Sequence record: MK327933.1
Reading direction: 5' to 3' (one strand)
Source of the DNA: Escherichia phage vB_EcoM_G2285
Length of the DNA stretch: 64,000 bases
This document shows positions 27,682-36,121 of this stretch, one piece after another. Each line of letters starts with the position of its first letter. Positions within the stretch are counted from its first letter, which is position 1. A program made the position numbers and the translations under genes. Below the pieces are notes generated by a model. That model did no database searches, was not told where the DNA came from, and was given only the letters and a program-made list of their open reading frames with translations.

Positions 27682-28263
27682 TTATAACAACCCTGTCAAA
27701 TCATTCCAATGCTTCCGGCATAATGACACATATCTATCAGTATCACCAATTTCAATTTGACTGCCATCTGTAATTGGAAGTCCGTCTTCCGTGACTCTAG
27801 CTACCATTGTGGCCTTTTTACCGCAATGACAGACACCTTTAAGTTCAACAAGCTTATCGGCAATAGCCATTAATGCTTGAGAACCTTCAAATAGATTACC
27901 TTTAAAATCTGTTCGTAGTCCATATGCCATTACCGGCACATTGTATACGTCAACAATACGACTAAGTTGATACACCTTTTCAGTAGTTAAGAACTGAGCT
28001 TCGTCAACAAATACGCAGTGAATATCCTTTTGTGCTGCAGCCCATTTATAAAATTCAAAGATATCCATGTCTTTTGTAATTATATTGGCGTCCTGACGAA
28101 TACCAATACGAGAGACTATTTCACCTTTTGAATCGCGAGTATCAATAGCCGGTTTAAGAACTAATACACCCATGCCACGTTCTTTATAGTTATGTGCGGC
28201 AGTAAGTAATGAAGCAGACTTACCAGCGTTCATAGCGGCATAGGTAAAAATTAAACTAGCCAT
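27682..28263 (-). CDS. tk: Thymidine kinase
   Basis: 193 aa; P-loop AAMNAGKSASLL, C-terminal zinc-binding CHCGKKA...CRKHW. Confidence 0.9.
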   Translation of the reverse strand: MASLIFTYAAMNAGKSASLLTAAHNYKERGMGVLVLKPAIDTRDSKGEIVSRIGIRQDANIITKDMDIFEFYKWAAAQKDIHCVFVDEAQFLTTEKVYQLSRIVDVYNVPVMAYGLRTDFKGNLFEGSQALMAIADKLVELKGVCHCGKKATMVARVTEDGLPITDGSQIEIGDTDRYVSLCRKHWNDLTGLL

Positions 28264-28272
28264 AAGAGTCCC

Positions 28273-28455
28273 TTATAGTGAATTCACGTAGTCAATGAGT
28301 TCTTGTTCTTTCCTGTCAAATGATTCCAACAATGCTTGATATTCTTCGACCGTCAAAGGAGCATATTCATCATACGCATTGGTGGCTGCTTGTTCATCTA
28401 ATAGGTCATGGATAAGTTCGAACAGTTTAGCTTTCTCTTCTTTAGTTAATTTCAT
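28273..28455 (-). CDS. Hypothetical small acidic protein
   Basis: 60 aa ORF. Confidence 0.45.
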   Translation of the reverse strand: MKLTKEEKAKLFELIHDLLDEQAATNAYDEYAPLTVEEYQALLESFDRKEQELIDYVNSL

Positions 28456-28946
28456 TTAGGTTCCCAATCAACAATCACAATTTCTAGTTTAGTGGAATAC
28501 GTATCTAAAATCTCTTCGATGACATCCCAGTTTCCACCACCAATACCTGCACCAATTCTTGGCATATAAATTACAGGCTTTGTTATCTTATTCTTTCCGA
28601 ATTCATTTAATTCTATTATACAATTCATTAAAGCATAGTACTCAAAATTAGGTCCCGGCTCAAACTGCGTATAAAGATTAAAGCAATAAGCTTTATGGGT
28701 CTTAAAATATTTTTCATAAACCGAATAAGTCCCGAGTTTAGACTCGTCTCCGAATTCGGTTTGAAGTTTATCGGCTTCTAAAATTTTTGGATAAGCCTTT
28801 GCTAATTGACCTGCCACACCGGCGCCCATTGTATGAAAACAATTACACCCATGAGCTATATTATTACCTTTAGAAAACAGGGCGACAATATCGCCCTTGA
28901 TATAGTTTTTAATCACTTGCTGCAAGTCCTCTAGTATAAGAGTCAA
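28452..28946 (-). CDS. Putative macrodomain-like (ADP-ribose binding/processing) protein
   Basis: 164 aa; NNIAHGCNCFHTMGAGVAGQLAKAYP and PRIGAGIGGGNWDV resemble the two glycine-rich macrodomain motifs; recalled pattern only. Confidence 0.4.
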   Translation of the reverse strand: MTLILEDLQQVIKNYIKGDIVALFSKGNNIAHGCNCFHTMGAGVAGQLAKAYPKILEADKLQTEFGDESKLGTYSVYEKYFKTHKAYCFNLYTQFEPGPNFEYYALMNCIIELNEFGKNKITKPVIYMPRIGAGIGGGNWDVIEEILDTYSTKLEIVIVDWEPK

Positions 28947-29256
28947 CTAGACGGTCCACCATAGAATTGCATGCTGCCTTATCTTTAGGTTCCGCCACCG
29001 AGCATTCTAATATTTGCCATTTTTTATAGTATCTTTTAATTAAGGTAGACGCCTTGAACCTACTAGACGCCCCATCTTTTTCTCCGTCTTTATACGCATA
29101 TAACAATTTTTGTGAAAAATCTACTTTACACTCTTGACTTTTACCGCAATAATCAGACGCTGTTCTGTTTGTATACTCCGTTACATCGGTATATGTAGTA
29201 TTAGCAAGAGCATTAAATGAAACCAAGCCAACTATTAAAGCCAACATTTTGGTCAT
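28909..29256 (-). CDS. Secreted/periplasmic small protein
   Basis: 115 aa; N-terminal signal peptide MTKMLALIVGLVSFNALA; four cysteines. Confidence 0.5.
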   Translation of the reverse strand: MTKMLALIVGLVSFNALANTTYTDVTEYTNRTASDYCGKSQECKVDFSQKLLYAYKDGEKDGASSRFKASTLIKRYYKKWQILECSVAEPKDKAACNSMVDRLVDSYTRGLAASD

Positions 29257-29795
29257 TCTTTTATTTCCAGTAGTTTATTTGATTTAAGGTAATTAGCCTT
29301 TTCTAGGACTTCAGAAGCATATTTACTTCCAGCACTTGTCTTCCATCCCGCATTATATGAGGATATAGCTTTTCTTATATCCCCGTTATGTATATTTAAC
29401 CAATAAGAAAATTCGATATAAGCCCATCTGGCTGAATTAGACCGCTTAGATAGCATTTTCTTAATTTGGGCATCAGTCATATTATAACCAAGCTGGTTAA
29501 TTCTTGCCCTCATTGTTGGTAGATAATTTTGGAACATTCCATACGCATGGTGACCTTTCTTATCTTTAAGATTAATACCGGCAGATGATTCCTGCCATAG
29601 TATTGCGGCCATTATGTATCCAAGTCCTTTCTTATGCATATTTTCATGCGTTTTAAATTTTCCATCCTTAGAAAACTGTTCCCCAAACTGATAAGCATAA
29701 TTCAAGTTATCGAGTTGGACATTACTAAAAGTATGCTCGGAGCTATGTGCTGATAACGAAAGAGCAAATAGACCAGCGAGTAGTGCTTTTCTCAT
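29253..29795 (-). CDS. Secreted lytic transglycosylase-like protein (SLT domain)
   Basis: 180 aa; signal peptide MRKALLAGLFALSLSAHS; catalytic-type motif LWQESSAG and AYGMFQ. Confidence 0.6.
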   Translation of the reverse strand: MRKALLAGLFALSLSAHSSEHTFSNVQLDNLNYAYQFGEQFSKDGKFKTHENMHKKGLGYIMAAILWQESSAGINLKDKKGHHAYGMFQNYLPTMRARINQLGYNMTDAQIKKMLSKRSNSARWAYIEFSYWLNIHNGDIRKAISSYNAGWKTSAGSKYASEVLEKANYLKSNKLLEIKE

Positions 29796-29803
29796 GTTTA
29801 CCT

Positions 29804-30262
29804 CTAGATTTTAATCACTGCTTTAGAAGCTTTTCCTGGTAGTCGTTTACTGTTAATAATAGCCATTCTACATTGAAGAGTCTTCATTTTGAATGCTGGA
29901 TTTTCGCGACAAACTGTAAGTCCTAACCAAAGATTTCCATCAGTTATTTCTAAACGGCCCGGGCGATATTCGACACCTTCGACAAAATCTTCATCAACAT
30001 CTGGACGTGCCGGCATTGATAAAAATTCTGCAACTTCTTTAACATGATTTTTTACTTTATGAAATAATTCAAAAACGTAATTCTCATCTATTTCTCTCTG
30101 GATGGCACGATCTAAGAGATGTTGAGAATACTTGATATGAAAGCCTGGTAGTCCAAGAGACTTTGCAGCATCTTTTATACCGGCATTTATTTTGCGGAAC
30201 TCCGTTTCAAAGATTCGACGGAGTTTATTACGGCGGATAAAAACGTCTGAATTGATAGTCAT
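29804..30262 (-). CDS. regB: Putative site-specific endoribonuclease RegB
   Basis: 152 aa ORF (RegB is about 153 aa) located between tk and denV; assigned by size and synteny, not by a motif. Confidence 0.45.
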   Translation of the reverse strand: MTINSDVFIRRNKLRRIFETEFRKINAGIKDAAKSLGLPGFHIKYSQHLLDRAIQREIDENYVFELFHKVKNHVKEVAEFLSMPARPDVDEDFVEGVEYRPGRLEITDGNLWLGLTVCRENPAFKMKTLQCRMAIINSKRLPGKASKAVIKI

Positions 30263-30270
30263 TTTGATTT

Positions 30271-30319
30271 CTCCTCTAGTTGACAGGTCTATAGTAACAC
30301 AACTAGAGGAGAAGTAAAC
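30271..30319 (-). promoter_or_regulatory. Early-type promoter with 11-bp inverted repeat able to sequester the regB Shine-Dalgarno
   Basis: Minus strand GTTTAC (plus 30314-30319); arms CTCCTCTAGTT (30271-30281) and AACTAGAGGAG (30301-30311); left arm contains the SD of the ATG at 30262. Confidence 0.5.
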
Positions 30320-30323
30320 TACT

Positions 30324-30581
30324 TTATTGATAAAATGGAGTTAAAGCCCAAGATTCTTTAGATACCATATTGGCGAAATGCCTCATCTCTTCGATTTGGC
30401 GACGACGCTGGTCAGCATAGTCTTCTTCGCCTTCTTCCTTACAATCTTCAAGGTCTTCTTCAAGATACTTTAAGTATTCACTACAAATTTTGTTGACCTT
30501 TTCTTGAAAGTCCAATAACCCAGTAATAGTAGAAGCCATTAGTATTTTTCCTCGGGTCGAAATACCGCACGACATGCCCAC
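30324..30581 (-). CDS. Hypothetical small acidic protein
   Basis: 85 aa ORF (71 aa from second Met MASTITGLLDF). Confidence 0.45.
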   Translation of the reverse strand: MGMSCGISTRGKILMASTITGLLDFQEKVNKICSEYLKYLEEDLEDCKEEGEEDYADQRRRQIEEMRHFANMVSKESWALTPFYQ

Positions 30582-30805
30582 ATGCTGGCTTCTTTTAGAT
30601 GTTGCTTAGCATACTTAAGAGCCTGCACTGCATCCATATCTTCTTTGGTTTGTTGCTCTGTTTCATTTTCTTTCAAGATATATGCTTCTTCAATCAGAGC
30701 ATCAAACAACAATCCAAGACGGACTTCAGCATCTTTAATAGCGTTCACTTTACCGATTTTATCATCGGTATGCGGCTTGTAGCCTTTGATGTCTTCAATC
30801 GACAT
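30539..30805 (-). CDS. Hypothetical small protein
   Basis: ORF 30539-30973 overlaps the upstream ORF by about 180 nt; internal Met (MSIEDIKGYKPHTDDK...) at 30805 gives 88 aa. Confidence 0.4.
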   Translation of the reverse strand: MSIEDIKGYKPHTDDKIGKVNAIKDAEVRLGLLFDALIEEAYILKENETEQQTKEDMDAVQALKYAKQHLKEASMWACRAVFRPEEKY

Positions 30806-31019
30806 AAGGAATTTCCTCATCTGTGGCAAGGTCATATTCGACCAATTGGATAGGCTCATTAATACCATATCCACGTACAGTGATATCAGTTGTCGGATAG
30901 TTTCCAGTAATATCACCCGTTCTAAATGCTTCAATGAATGATTGCTCGCCTGAGCAACTAAACCAGGCGGCAAAACATTTTAAAACATCTTCAGACCCTT
31001 CTATAATCAATTTAGCCAT
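30795..31019 (-). CDS. Hypothetical small acidic protein
   Basis: 74 aa ORF. Confidence 0.45.
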   Translation of the reverse strand: MAKLIIEGSEDVLKCFAAWFSCSGEQSFIEAFRTGDITGNYPTTDITVRGYGINEPIQLVEYDLATDEEIPYVD

Positions 31020-31381
31020 TATAGACTTTCAGTAAAGGTACGAGCGATAACGTCGCGCTGCTGTTCCGGAGTCAGAGAGTTAAAGCGAACTGCATAACCA
31101 GATACACGGATGGTCAGCTGCGGATATTTTTCCGGATGCTTAACTGCATCTTCCAGAGTTTCACGACGCAGAACGTTAACGTTCAGATGTTGACCACCTT
31201 CAATTTTAACTTTAGGTTGATGTTCAATTTCAATTTCACGGGCATTCAAACCGTAGAAAATTTCCGGGTCTACAATAGCGTCTTCTTTAAAAGTCTTAGA
31301 GACAATAATCCGGGCTTGAGTACCGTCTTCAAAATAAATAGTGCCTTTATGTGCACCTTCAAGAATTTGATATGCTTTCAT
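31019..31381 (-). CDS. Autonomous glycyl radical cofactor (GrcA/YfiD-like)
   Basis: 120 aa; C-terminal [60 protein letters not shown] contains the RVSGY glycyl radical motif and closely matches my recollection of E. coli GrcA. Confidence 0.75.
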   Translation of the reverse strand: MKAYQILEGAHKGTIYFEDGTQARIIVSKTFKEDAIVDPEIFYGLNAREIEIEHQPKVKIEGGQHLNVNVLRRETLEDAVKHPEKYPQLTIRVSGYAVRFNSLTPEQQRDVIARTFTESL

Positions 31382-31387
31382 ATAACC

Positions 31388-31696
31388 TCAATTAGAAAAT
31401 AAATTTATCCAAGTTTTTTCTTTAATCAAAAATGGGTCGGAATTAAACGCCATTAAACTTTGAGTGATTAATCCCTTAAATGGCCCATCAATAAATTCCA
31501 TTTTGAAATGCGGAATACTAGTCATCAACCGTGCATTAGGAGCAGTACAAAGAACCTGCTGCCCTGCGAACGGACCTTTAGTCAAACGATATCGTTTAGG
31601 TTTAAAATGGTAAATCTCATAATTTTCTACAAGAGCCCTTTTATTGCATACTGGGCTGTTATAACAATACTCAAAAACTTCAATAGTGGTCATCAT
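31388..31696 (-). CDS. Hypothetical protein with KOW-like GPFxG motifs
   Basis: ORF 31388-31744, start probably MMTTIEV at 31696; two GPF(A/K)G motifs (TKGPFAGQQV, DGPFKGLI). Confidence 0.4.
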   Translation of the reverse strand: MMTTIEVFEYCYNSPVCNKRALVENYEIYHFKPKRYRLTKGPFAGQQVLCTAPNARLMTSIPHFKMEFIDGPFKGLITQSLMAFNSDPFLIKEKTWINLFSN

Positions 31697-32280
31697 TGCA
31701 TTCCAATCACAAAAAATTGAGGACGAGCAATACCGCCGATGCAATATTTGCTTTTGCAGCAGTGCTGTACTGATTTAATATGGACATTGTAAATCTTATC
31801 CATATCAGGAGCTTTAATAGGCTCGTCAATTATATACAGAATACGAGAAAGCGTTAATCCACGGAATTTAGAACCTTCATTGCCAATAAAACTACGAACA
31901 GAATCAGTAAATAAACGGAATCGAATATCATCGCTAGAATAACGAGAAAATTCTTTTTTAATGTTGCCAACAGAAATTTTAGCATAAGCTGAAGTATTAG
32001 AAAGAACAATAACTGTTCCACCATCATACAGCCAATTAACAGCAAAATTAGTTACTGCGGTCGATTTACCTGATTGTCTGCCACCGTCTAAACGAAGTGT
32101 ACAGTACTGCTTGAGTACGTCTTCAAATGGTGGGACATAACCGTTCTTACAAATTTCTTCTACTCTAGCATCAGAATGGTGTGTAAAAGCATTCATCAGG
32201 GATAGATAAGGTCCAGTTAAAAATGTTCTCATTTTGTTCTCTCTAAATTTGGGCCATTCCGTGGCGCATGAATTGTCCAT
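31693..32280 (-). CDS. P-loop NTPase-like protein
   Basis: 195 aa; Walker A-like GGRQSGKST. Confidence 0.5.
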   Translation of the reverse strand: MDNSCATEWPKFRENKMRTFLTGPYLSLMNAFTHHSDARVEEICKNGYVPPFEDVLKQYCTLRLDGGRQSGKSTAVTNFAVNWLYDGGTVIVLSNTSAYAKISVGNIKKEFSRYSSDDIRFRLFTDSVRSFIGNEGSKFRGLTLSRILYIIDEPIKAPDMDKIYNVHIKSVQHCCKSKYCIGGIARPQFFVIGMQ

Positions 32281-32409
32281 TTCTGTATTTACCCATTACC
32301 GCACTTGGGCTCGACCTTATTACAGGTTGGCGGGAATCCCTCACAGAATCATGAGGTCCAGCTTGTTCCCATGTTATTTGAATGTAAATAGGCCTAAGTA
32401 TAGGCCTTA

Positions 32410-32988
32410 TTAATTACCACGGGCTGCATTAGCAACGGCGTAAGCGTACTGAACATTAGCGTCCTTAAACGTACCTTTAGAGGTATCTATTTCTGCCTTA
32501 AAGCCGCCTTTAGCCATAACATCTGCAAATTCTTTACGGAAAGCCATTGCATCAAGACCTTTCCATGTTGATTTATGCTTGGCAAATTCAAGACCGGCGT
32601 AGTTGACAGCCTTAGCTAATTTATTATCAATAACCCATTTACCTGCTTTAGGCACAAACTTCGGGCCTTTTTGTTTAGAGAACAGTTTTAAATTCCAGCG
32701 ACGAAGGTCACTGTCGGCTTTAACAAAAGCTGCATCTAAGTTACTAGCAACAACATCTTCAATATGAGCAAATTTAAGTCCGTCAACTTCAATATTTAGA
32801 TCGTTACGCCAGCGAAGTCCTTCCCAAGCGAAGGCTTTAAAATCAGAAGCCTTTGTAGCTAAGTACCGTTCAATAGGAGCAGTTTTAGGGTCAAAGCCGT
32901 TTCCGCCACGATAAGTCCACTCGTCCTTATTAATGCCTTGAGCTTTTCCTGCAAAGGCCTCGGCGATAAATTCTTTATATGTTTTCAT
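32410..32988 (-). CDS. ipIII: Internal protein III (capsid-packaged, injected)
   Basis: 192 aa; N-terminal capsid-targeting sequence MKTYKEFIAEA; basic, alanine/lysine-rich. Confidence 0.75.
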   Translation of the reverse strand: MKTYKEFIAEAFAGKAQGINKDEWTYRGGNGFDPKTAPIERYLATKASDFKAFAWEGLRWRNDLNIEVDGLKFAHIEDVVASNLDAAFVKADSDLRRWNLKLFSKQKGPKFVPKAGKWVIDNKLAKAVNYAGLEFAKHKSTWKGLDAMAFRKEFADVMAKGGFKAEIDTSKGTFKDANVQYAYAVANAARGN

Positions 32989-33052
32989 TTTTTGTTTCCT
33001 TGTTTGTTTTGATAGAGTAATTATACCATATTAATACTTAAGCGTAAACAAT

Positions 33053-33313
33053 TTAAGCTTTACCGCCAGAAATAATTCCGAAGTTGTTAAAATCGTATCC
33101 AATATCGTCAACATCTACTTTAGGACTTGCTACAACATAAGCAATTTCACTACGTTTTGCATAGGTGTTGATTTCTTTACCATCGCCACCTAAGAAAGAA
33201 TACCCATTACGCTTTAATGAGCCAAAGTCTTCCGCATCACCAATGAAAGCTTTAACTTTAAATTTGGGGTCTTTGACATCTGCTTCAATGATAAATTCTT
33301 GATACATTTTCAT
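33053..33313 (-). CDS. ipII: Internal protein II-like
   Basis: 86 aa; N-terminal MKMYQEFIIEA capsid-targeting sequence. Confidence 0.65.
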   Translation of the reverse strand: MKMYQEFIIEADVKDPKFKVKAFIGDAEDFGSLKRNGYSFLGGDGKEINTYAKRSEIAYVVASPKVDVDDIGYDFNNFGIISGGKA

Positions 33314-33321
33314 TTTTTTCC

Positions 33322-33735
33322 TTAGTAAATTGATTTACCATAGTATTTGTACCAAGTCGGACGTTGAGCAATTTTTTCATCTAAGCGTGCTTGACTTATC
33401 GCAATGGACGCTTCGGACGGGACGTAATTATTACGAAATTCTACAGGAATGTCGGAAATATCCTGGACAGTCGTGTCCTTGATTTTGAAACCACGTTTCA
33501 AGCATTCAGCGATTAGCTCGATTTGACGTAAACGTAAAAATTCGAGTTTGTCGTAAAAGAATGTTACGTGACCTGTGCCTAAGATAAATGTTGGAGGGAT
33601 TTTAAAATCCTTTACACGTTTACCGTTTTGAACATGTTTACGGACTGAACCAAATACGCGTGGTAATTCACGATACTCAGCCATAAGATGTTGGTCGGTC
33701 AGTTCAGAAACAAGTGTTAAATTGATACGGGTCAT
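33322..33735 (-). CDS. denV: Endonuclease V (pyrimidine dimer DNA glycosylase) DenV
   Basis: ORF 33322-33747; from [29 protein letters not shown] it is 138 aa (DenV length); GGAGG 6 nt upstream. Confidence 0.9.
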   Translation of the reverse strand: MTRINLTLVSELTDQHLMAEYRELPRVFGSVRKHVQNGKRVKDFKIPPTFILGTGHVTFFYDKLEFLRLRQIELIAECLKRGFKIKDTTVQDISDIPVEFRNNYVPSEASIAISQARLDEKIAQRPTWYKYYGKSIY

Positions 33736-33738
33736 AAT

Positions 33739-33792
33739 TTCCTCCAAGTAGTTGATGAATGTATAGTATCAAAGTCCTTGGAGGAAGTAAAC
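33739..33792 (-). promoter_or_regulatory. Early-type promoter with 10-bp inverted repeat overlapping the denV Shine-Dalgarno
   Basis: Minus strand GTTTAC (plus 33787-33792); arms TTCCTCCAAG (33739-33748) and CTTGGAGGAA (33777-33786). Confidence 0.45.
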
Positions 33793-33793
33793 A

Positions 33794-34075
33794 CTATTTT
33801 TCTGAAGCGCCTGAAATATATTTTTCAAGACGTTGTTTCATTAGCGAGCCGTTCTTAGCGATTTCTTCCGGTTTATCGCACATACGCAACAAGGCTTCAA
33901 GCTTAGCGATATTGCTGGTACGTTCAAATTTGCGAGTATCTATCTTACTAGCAAGTTCAGAAATACGTGCTAATAGACTTTCGGCTTCAACCAAAGCTGC
34001 ACCTAGCTTAGTTGCAAATGTGTCAGTAGCTTCGTTAAGAATAGATTCTGATAAAAATTCACTATATGTTTTCAT
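33794..34075 (-). CDS. Internal-protein-like small protein with capsid-targeting N-terminus
   Basis: ORF 33794-34090; from internal Met [16 protein letters not shown] it is 93 aa; same MKTYxEF leader as ipII/ipIII. Confidence 0.55.
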   Translation of the reverse strand: MKTYSEFLSESILNEATDTFATKLGAALVEAESLLARISELASKIDTRKFERTSNIAKLEALLRMCDKPEEIAKNGSLMKQRLEKYISGASEK

Positions 34076-34560
34076 ATATACGCTTTCCAAGTTCCTGTTT
34101 TAAATGTTGAGATTACGCGTTTCGCGCGATTAGGTGTCTGACGATACCATTTAGATTGGGCTAGATTTACTGCCGCTTCATCCCAACGTTTCTGTTGAAG
34201 AATACGAAGAGAATTAGTAAAACCGGCGACGCCTGCTACACCCATTTGGAAGACCATATTGACCAATGCACATCGACGAACTGCATCTAAAGAATCGTAT
34301 ACCGGTTTAAGTTTAGCATTACCCAAGATTCCGCGAACGGCTTTATCAACGTCTTCATTAAATAGCTTTTCAGCCTCATCAAGGGTAATTGTACCGTTGC
34401 ATTTACGTCCGATCATTCTGTCAAGTTCAGCTTTAGCTACGGCTAAAGACGGGTTCTTTGTTACTAAATGGCCTATGCCAATCGTCCAAAAGCCTTCAGT
34501 GTCTTTGTATAAAGTCGGTCTAAGACCTTCGTCATTACGAAGCATTTCAAATATATTCAT
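34072..34560 (-). CDS. e: Lysozyme e (endolysin, T4 lysozyme family)
   Basis: ORF 34072-34572; from [32 protein letters not shown] with catalytic Glu/Asp/Thr context; C-terminus ...[15 protein letters not shown]. Confidence 0.9.
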   Translation of the reverse strand: MNIFEMLRNDEGLRPTLYKDTEGFWTIGIGHLVTKNPSLAVAKAELDRMIGRKCNGTITLDEAEKLFNEDVDKAVRGILGNAKLKPVYDSLDAVRRCALVNMVFQMGVAGVAGFTNSLRILQQKRWDEAAVNLAQSKWYRQTPNRAKRVISTFKTGTWKAYI

Positions 34561-34594
34561 AATACCTCCCACGTTTATAGGAGGTATTTATTAC

Positions 34595-35053
34595 TTATAG
34601 GAGGGTAGTGAGCACCTTATATAATGATTTGCCCATTACATATTCCCATTGAGAAGGTTTAATTAAAGCGAATGCATCAAATTCAGGAATCTGTCGTCCG
34701 TCTGGGAATGTATGATAGGAATTACAAACACTGTTTCTGAATTGCTCGTGCTCTACAGGGATGGTATATAAGAACAGATGAATATTCTTATTGTCTGAGT
34801 AATGATGTTCACCTAGGTCTTTCAGGAAGGCAGGGTCATACTGTGTAAACCCAGTTTCTTCTTCGCATTCACGAATAGCGGCTTCAATAGGAGATTCGCC
34901 AGGTTCGACACGGCCTTTAGGAATATCCCACCGATGAGCTAATGCACCTTTAGGACGAGAACCAGTTACACGGCCCATGAATAATTCTTTATCTTCGGTA
35001 AGGAAAATAATACCGGCTGATAGTTCTTTCACTTTATTTTTCTTACTCATCAT
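34595..35053 (-). CDS. nudE: Nudix hydrolase NudE
   Basis: 152 aa; Nudix box GRVEPGESPIEAAIRECEEETGF. Confidence 0.85.
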   Translation of the reverse strand: MMSKKNKVKELSAGIIFLTEDKELFMGRVTGSRPKGALAHRWDIPKGRVEPGESPIEAAIRECEEETGFTQYDPAFLKDLGEHHYSDNKNIHLFLYTIPVEHEQFRNSVCNSYHTFPDGRQIPEFDAFALIKPSQWEYVMGKSLYKVLTTLL

Positions 35054-35294
35054 CTCGGTTCCATGATTTGGCCATTAATTCGGACATAAATTCTTCAATG
35101 CGCGTTTCTTTAGATGGACTTTCACTATCAGATATTTGGACCATATAATCAGAAATAGGTCGGAACATATCCAAGTCGCTTTCTAAATCTTCTTTGATTT
35201 TCTCTTCTGACGTTCCTGTATCATAGGAATACAGATAAGAATCACATGATTCTGATTTAATGTAAATTGCTATACTCATCTCAAATTCCTGCAT
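35043..35294 (-). CDS. Hypothetical small acidic protein
   Basis: 83 aa ORF. Confidence 0.45.
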   Translation of the reverse strand: MQEFEMSIAIYIKSESCDSYLYSYDTGTSEEKIKEDLESDLDMFRPISDYMVQISDSESPSKETRIEEFMSELMAKSWNRDDE

Positions 35295-35512
35295 TCGGTA
35301 ATAAAACGTTCAACTTCATTATTTTTGGCCTTTATCTTGTCTTTACGTTCCTGTAAACTACTTTTAACAAGATTAATAATGATGCCTACAGTACCTCCAC
35401 CAATTATACCGCCAATTATACTTACGATAGTAGATGCTAATAAGATAGCAATAATATCTAGTACGGCAAAGGCACTTACTTTAGTACTAAAAAAACCATA
35501 CCGATGGTACAA
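35276..35512 (-). CDS. Small membrane protein with C-terminal ERFITECR motif
   Basis: 78 aa; TM segment ILLASTIVSIIGGIIGGGTVGIIINL; C-terminus ...NNEVERFITECRNLR. Confidence 0.5.
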   Translation of the reverse strand: MYHRYGFFSTKVSAFAVLDIIAILLASTIVSIIGGIIGGGTVGIIINLVKSSLQERKDKIKAKNNEVERFITECRNLR

Positions 35513-35675
35513 ATATAATCCATCCTGTTATCCATTGGCACTTATTGAAAAACTTTTCAAGCTCAGCTTGAGTTGTTCGTATTACTTCATCGATAGGTTG
35601 ATATCCATTAATGTATCTGTTCACGATAATACCTGCTGGCTGGTCGATTTTAAATTCTTGGCAAATATGTTTCAC
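35487..35675 (-). CDS. Hypothetical small protein
   Basis: 62 aa ORF overlapping the previous one by 26 nt. Confidence 0.3.
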   Translation of the reverse strand: MKHICQEFKIDQPAGIIVNRYINGYQPIDEVIRTTQAELEKFFNKCQWITGWIIFVPSVWFF

Positions 35676-35746
35676 TAAGTATGATGGACATCCTGTCCAA
35701 TCTACTGAATAGTATGAAATACCTTCGTTGCCATCAACTATTCATA

Positions 35747-36052
35747 TTATTTTCCTCGACATTCTTTAATGAAATTTTCTAGATTGGTAGATTCAATAGC
35801 TTTTTTACGAGCTTCTGCGTGTTCTTCTTCGGTCAATTTACGTTTATAATTGACCCAGACATTATGGTCGAAACTAGTCGTGGCATATAATAACAAAGCT
35901 CCGACGAATAATAAAAACGGTGATAAGAATACAAAACCAGGAACACCATCCATATCGTAAGCCTTTTGTAATACTGCAACAGAAAGGGCTGCGTAAAAAA
36001 GTGATGCAAATATTGTTAAAAGACCAATTCGGTTGGTTTCGCCTAATTTCAT
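35747..36052 (-). CDS. Small membrane protein with C-terminal ENFIKECR motif
   Basis: 101 aa; two hydrophobic helices; C-terminus ...STNLENFIKECRGK. Confidence 0.55.
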   Translation of the reverse strand: MKLGETNRIGLLTIFASLFYAALSVAVLQKAYDMDGVPGFVFLSPFLLFVGALLLYATTSFDHNVWVNYKRKLTEEEHAEARKKAIESTNLENFIKECRGK

Positions 36053-36071
36053 AATATTCTCCTCATGTTTA

Positions 36072-36110
36072 ATAGGACTACTATAACATAGTCCTATAAT
36101 TGTGTAAACA
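36072..36110 (-). promoter_or_regulatory. Promoter/stem-loop cassette (PeSL-like)
   Basis: Palindrome ATAGGACTACTATAACATAGTCCTAT (36072-36097) plus minus-strand GTTTAC (36105-36110). Confidence 0.5.
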
Positions 36111-36121
36111 GTTTTGTGAAG

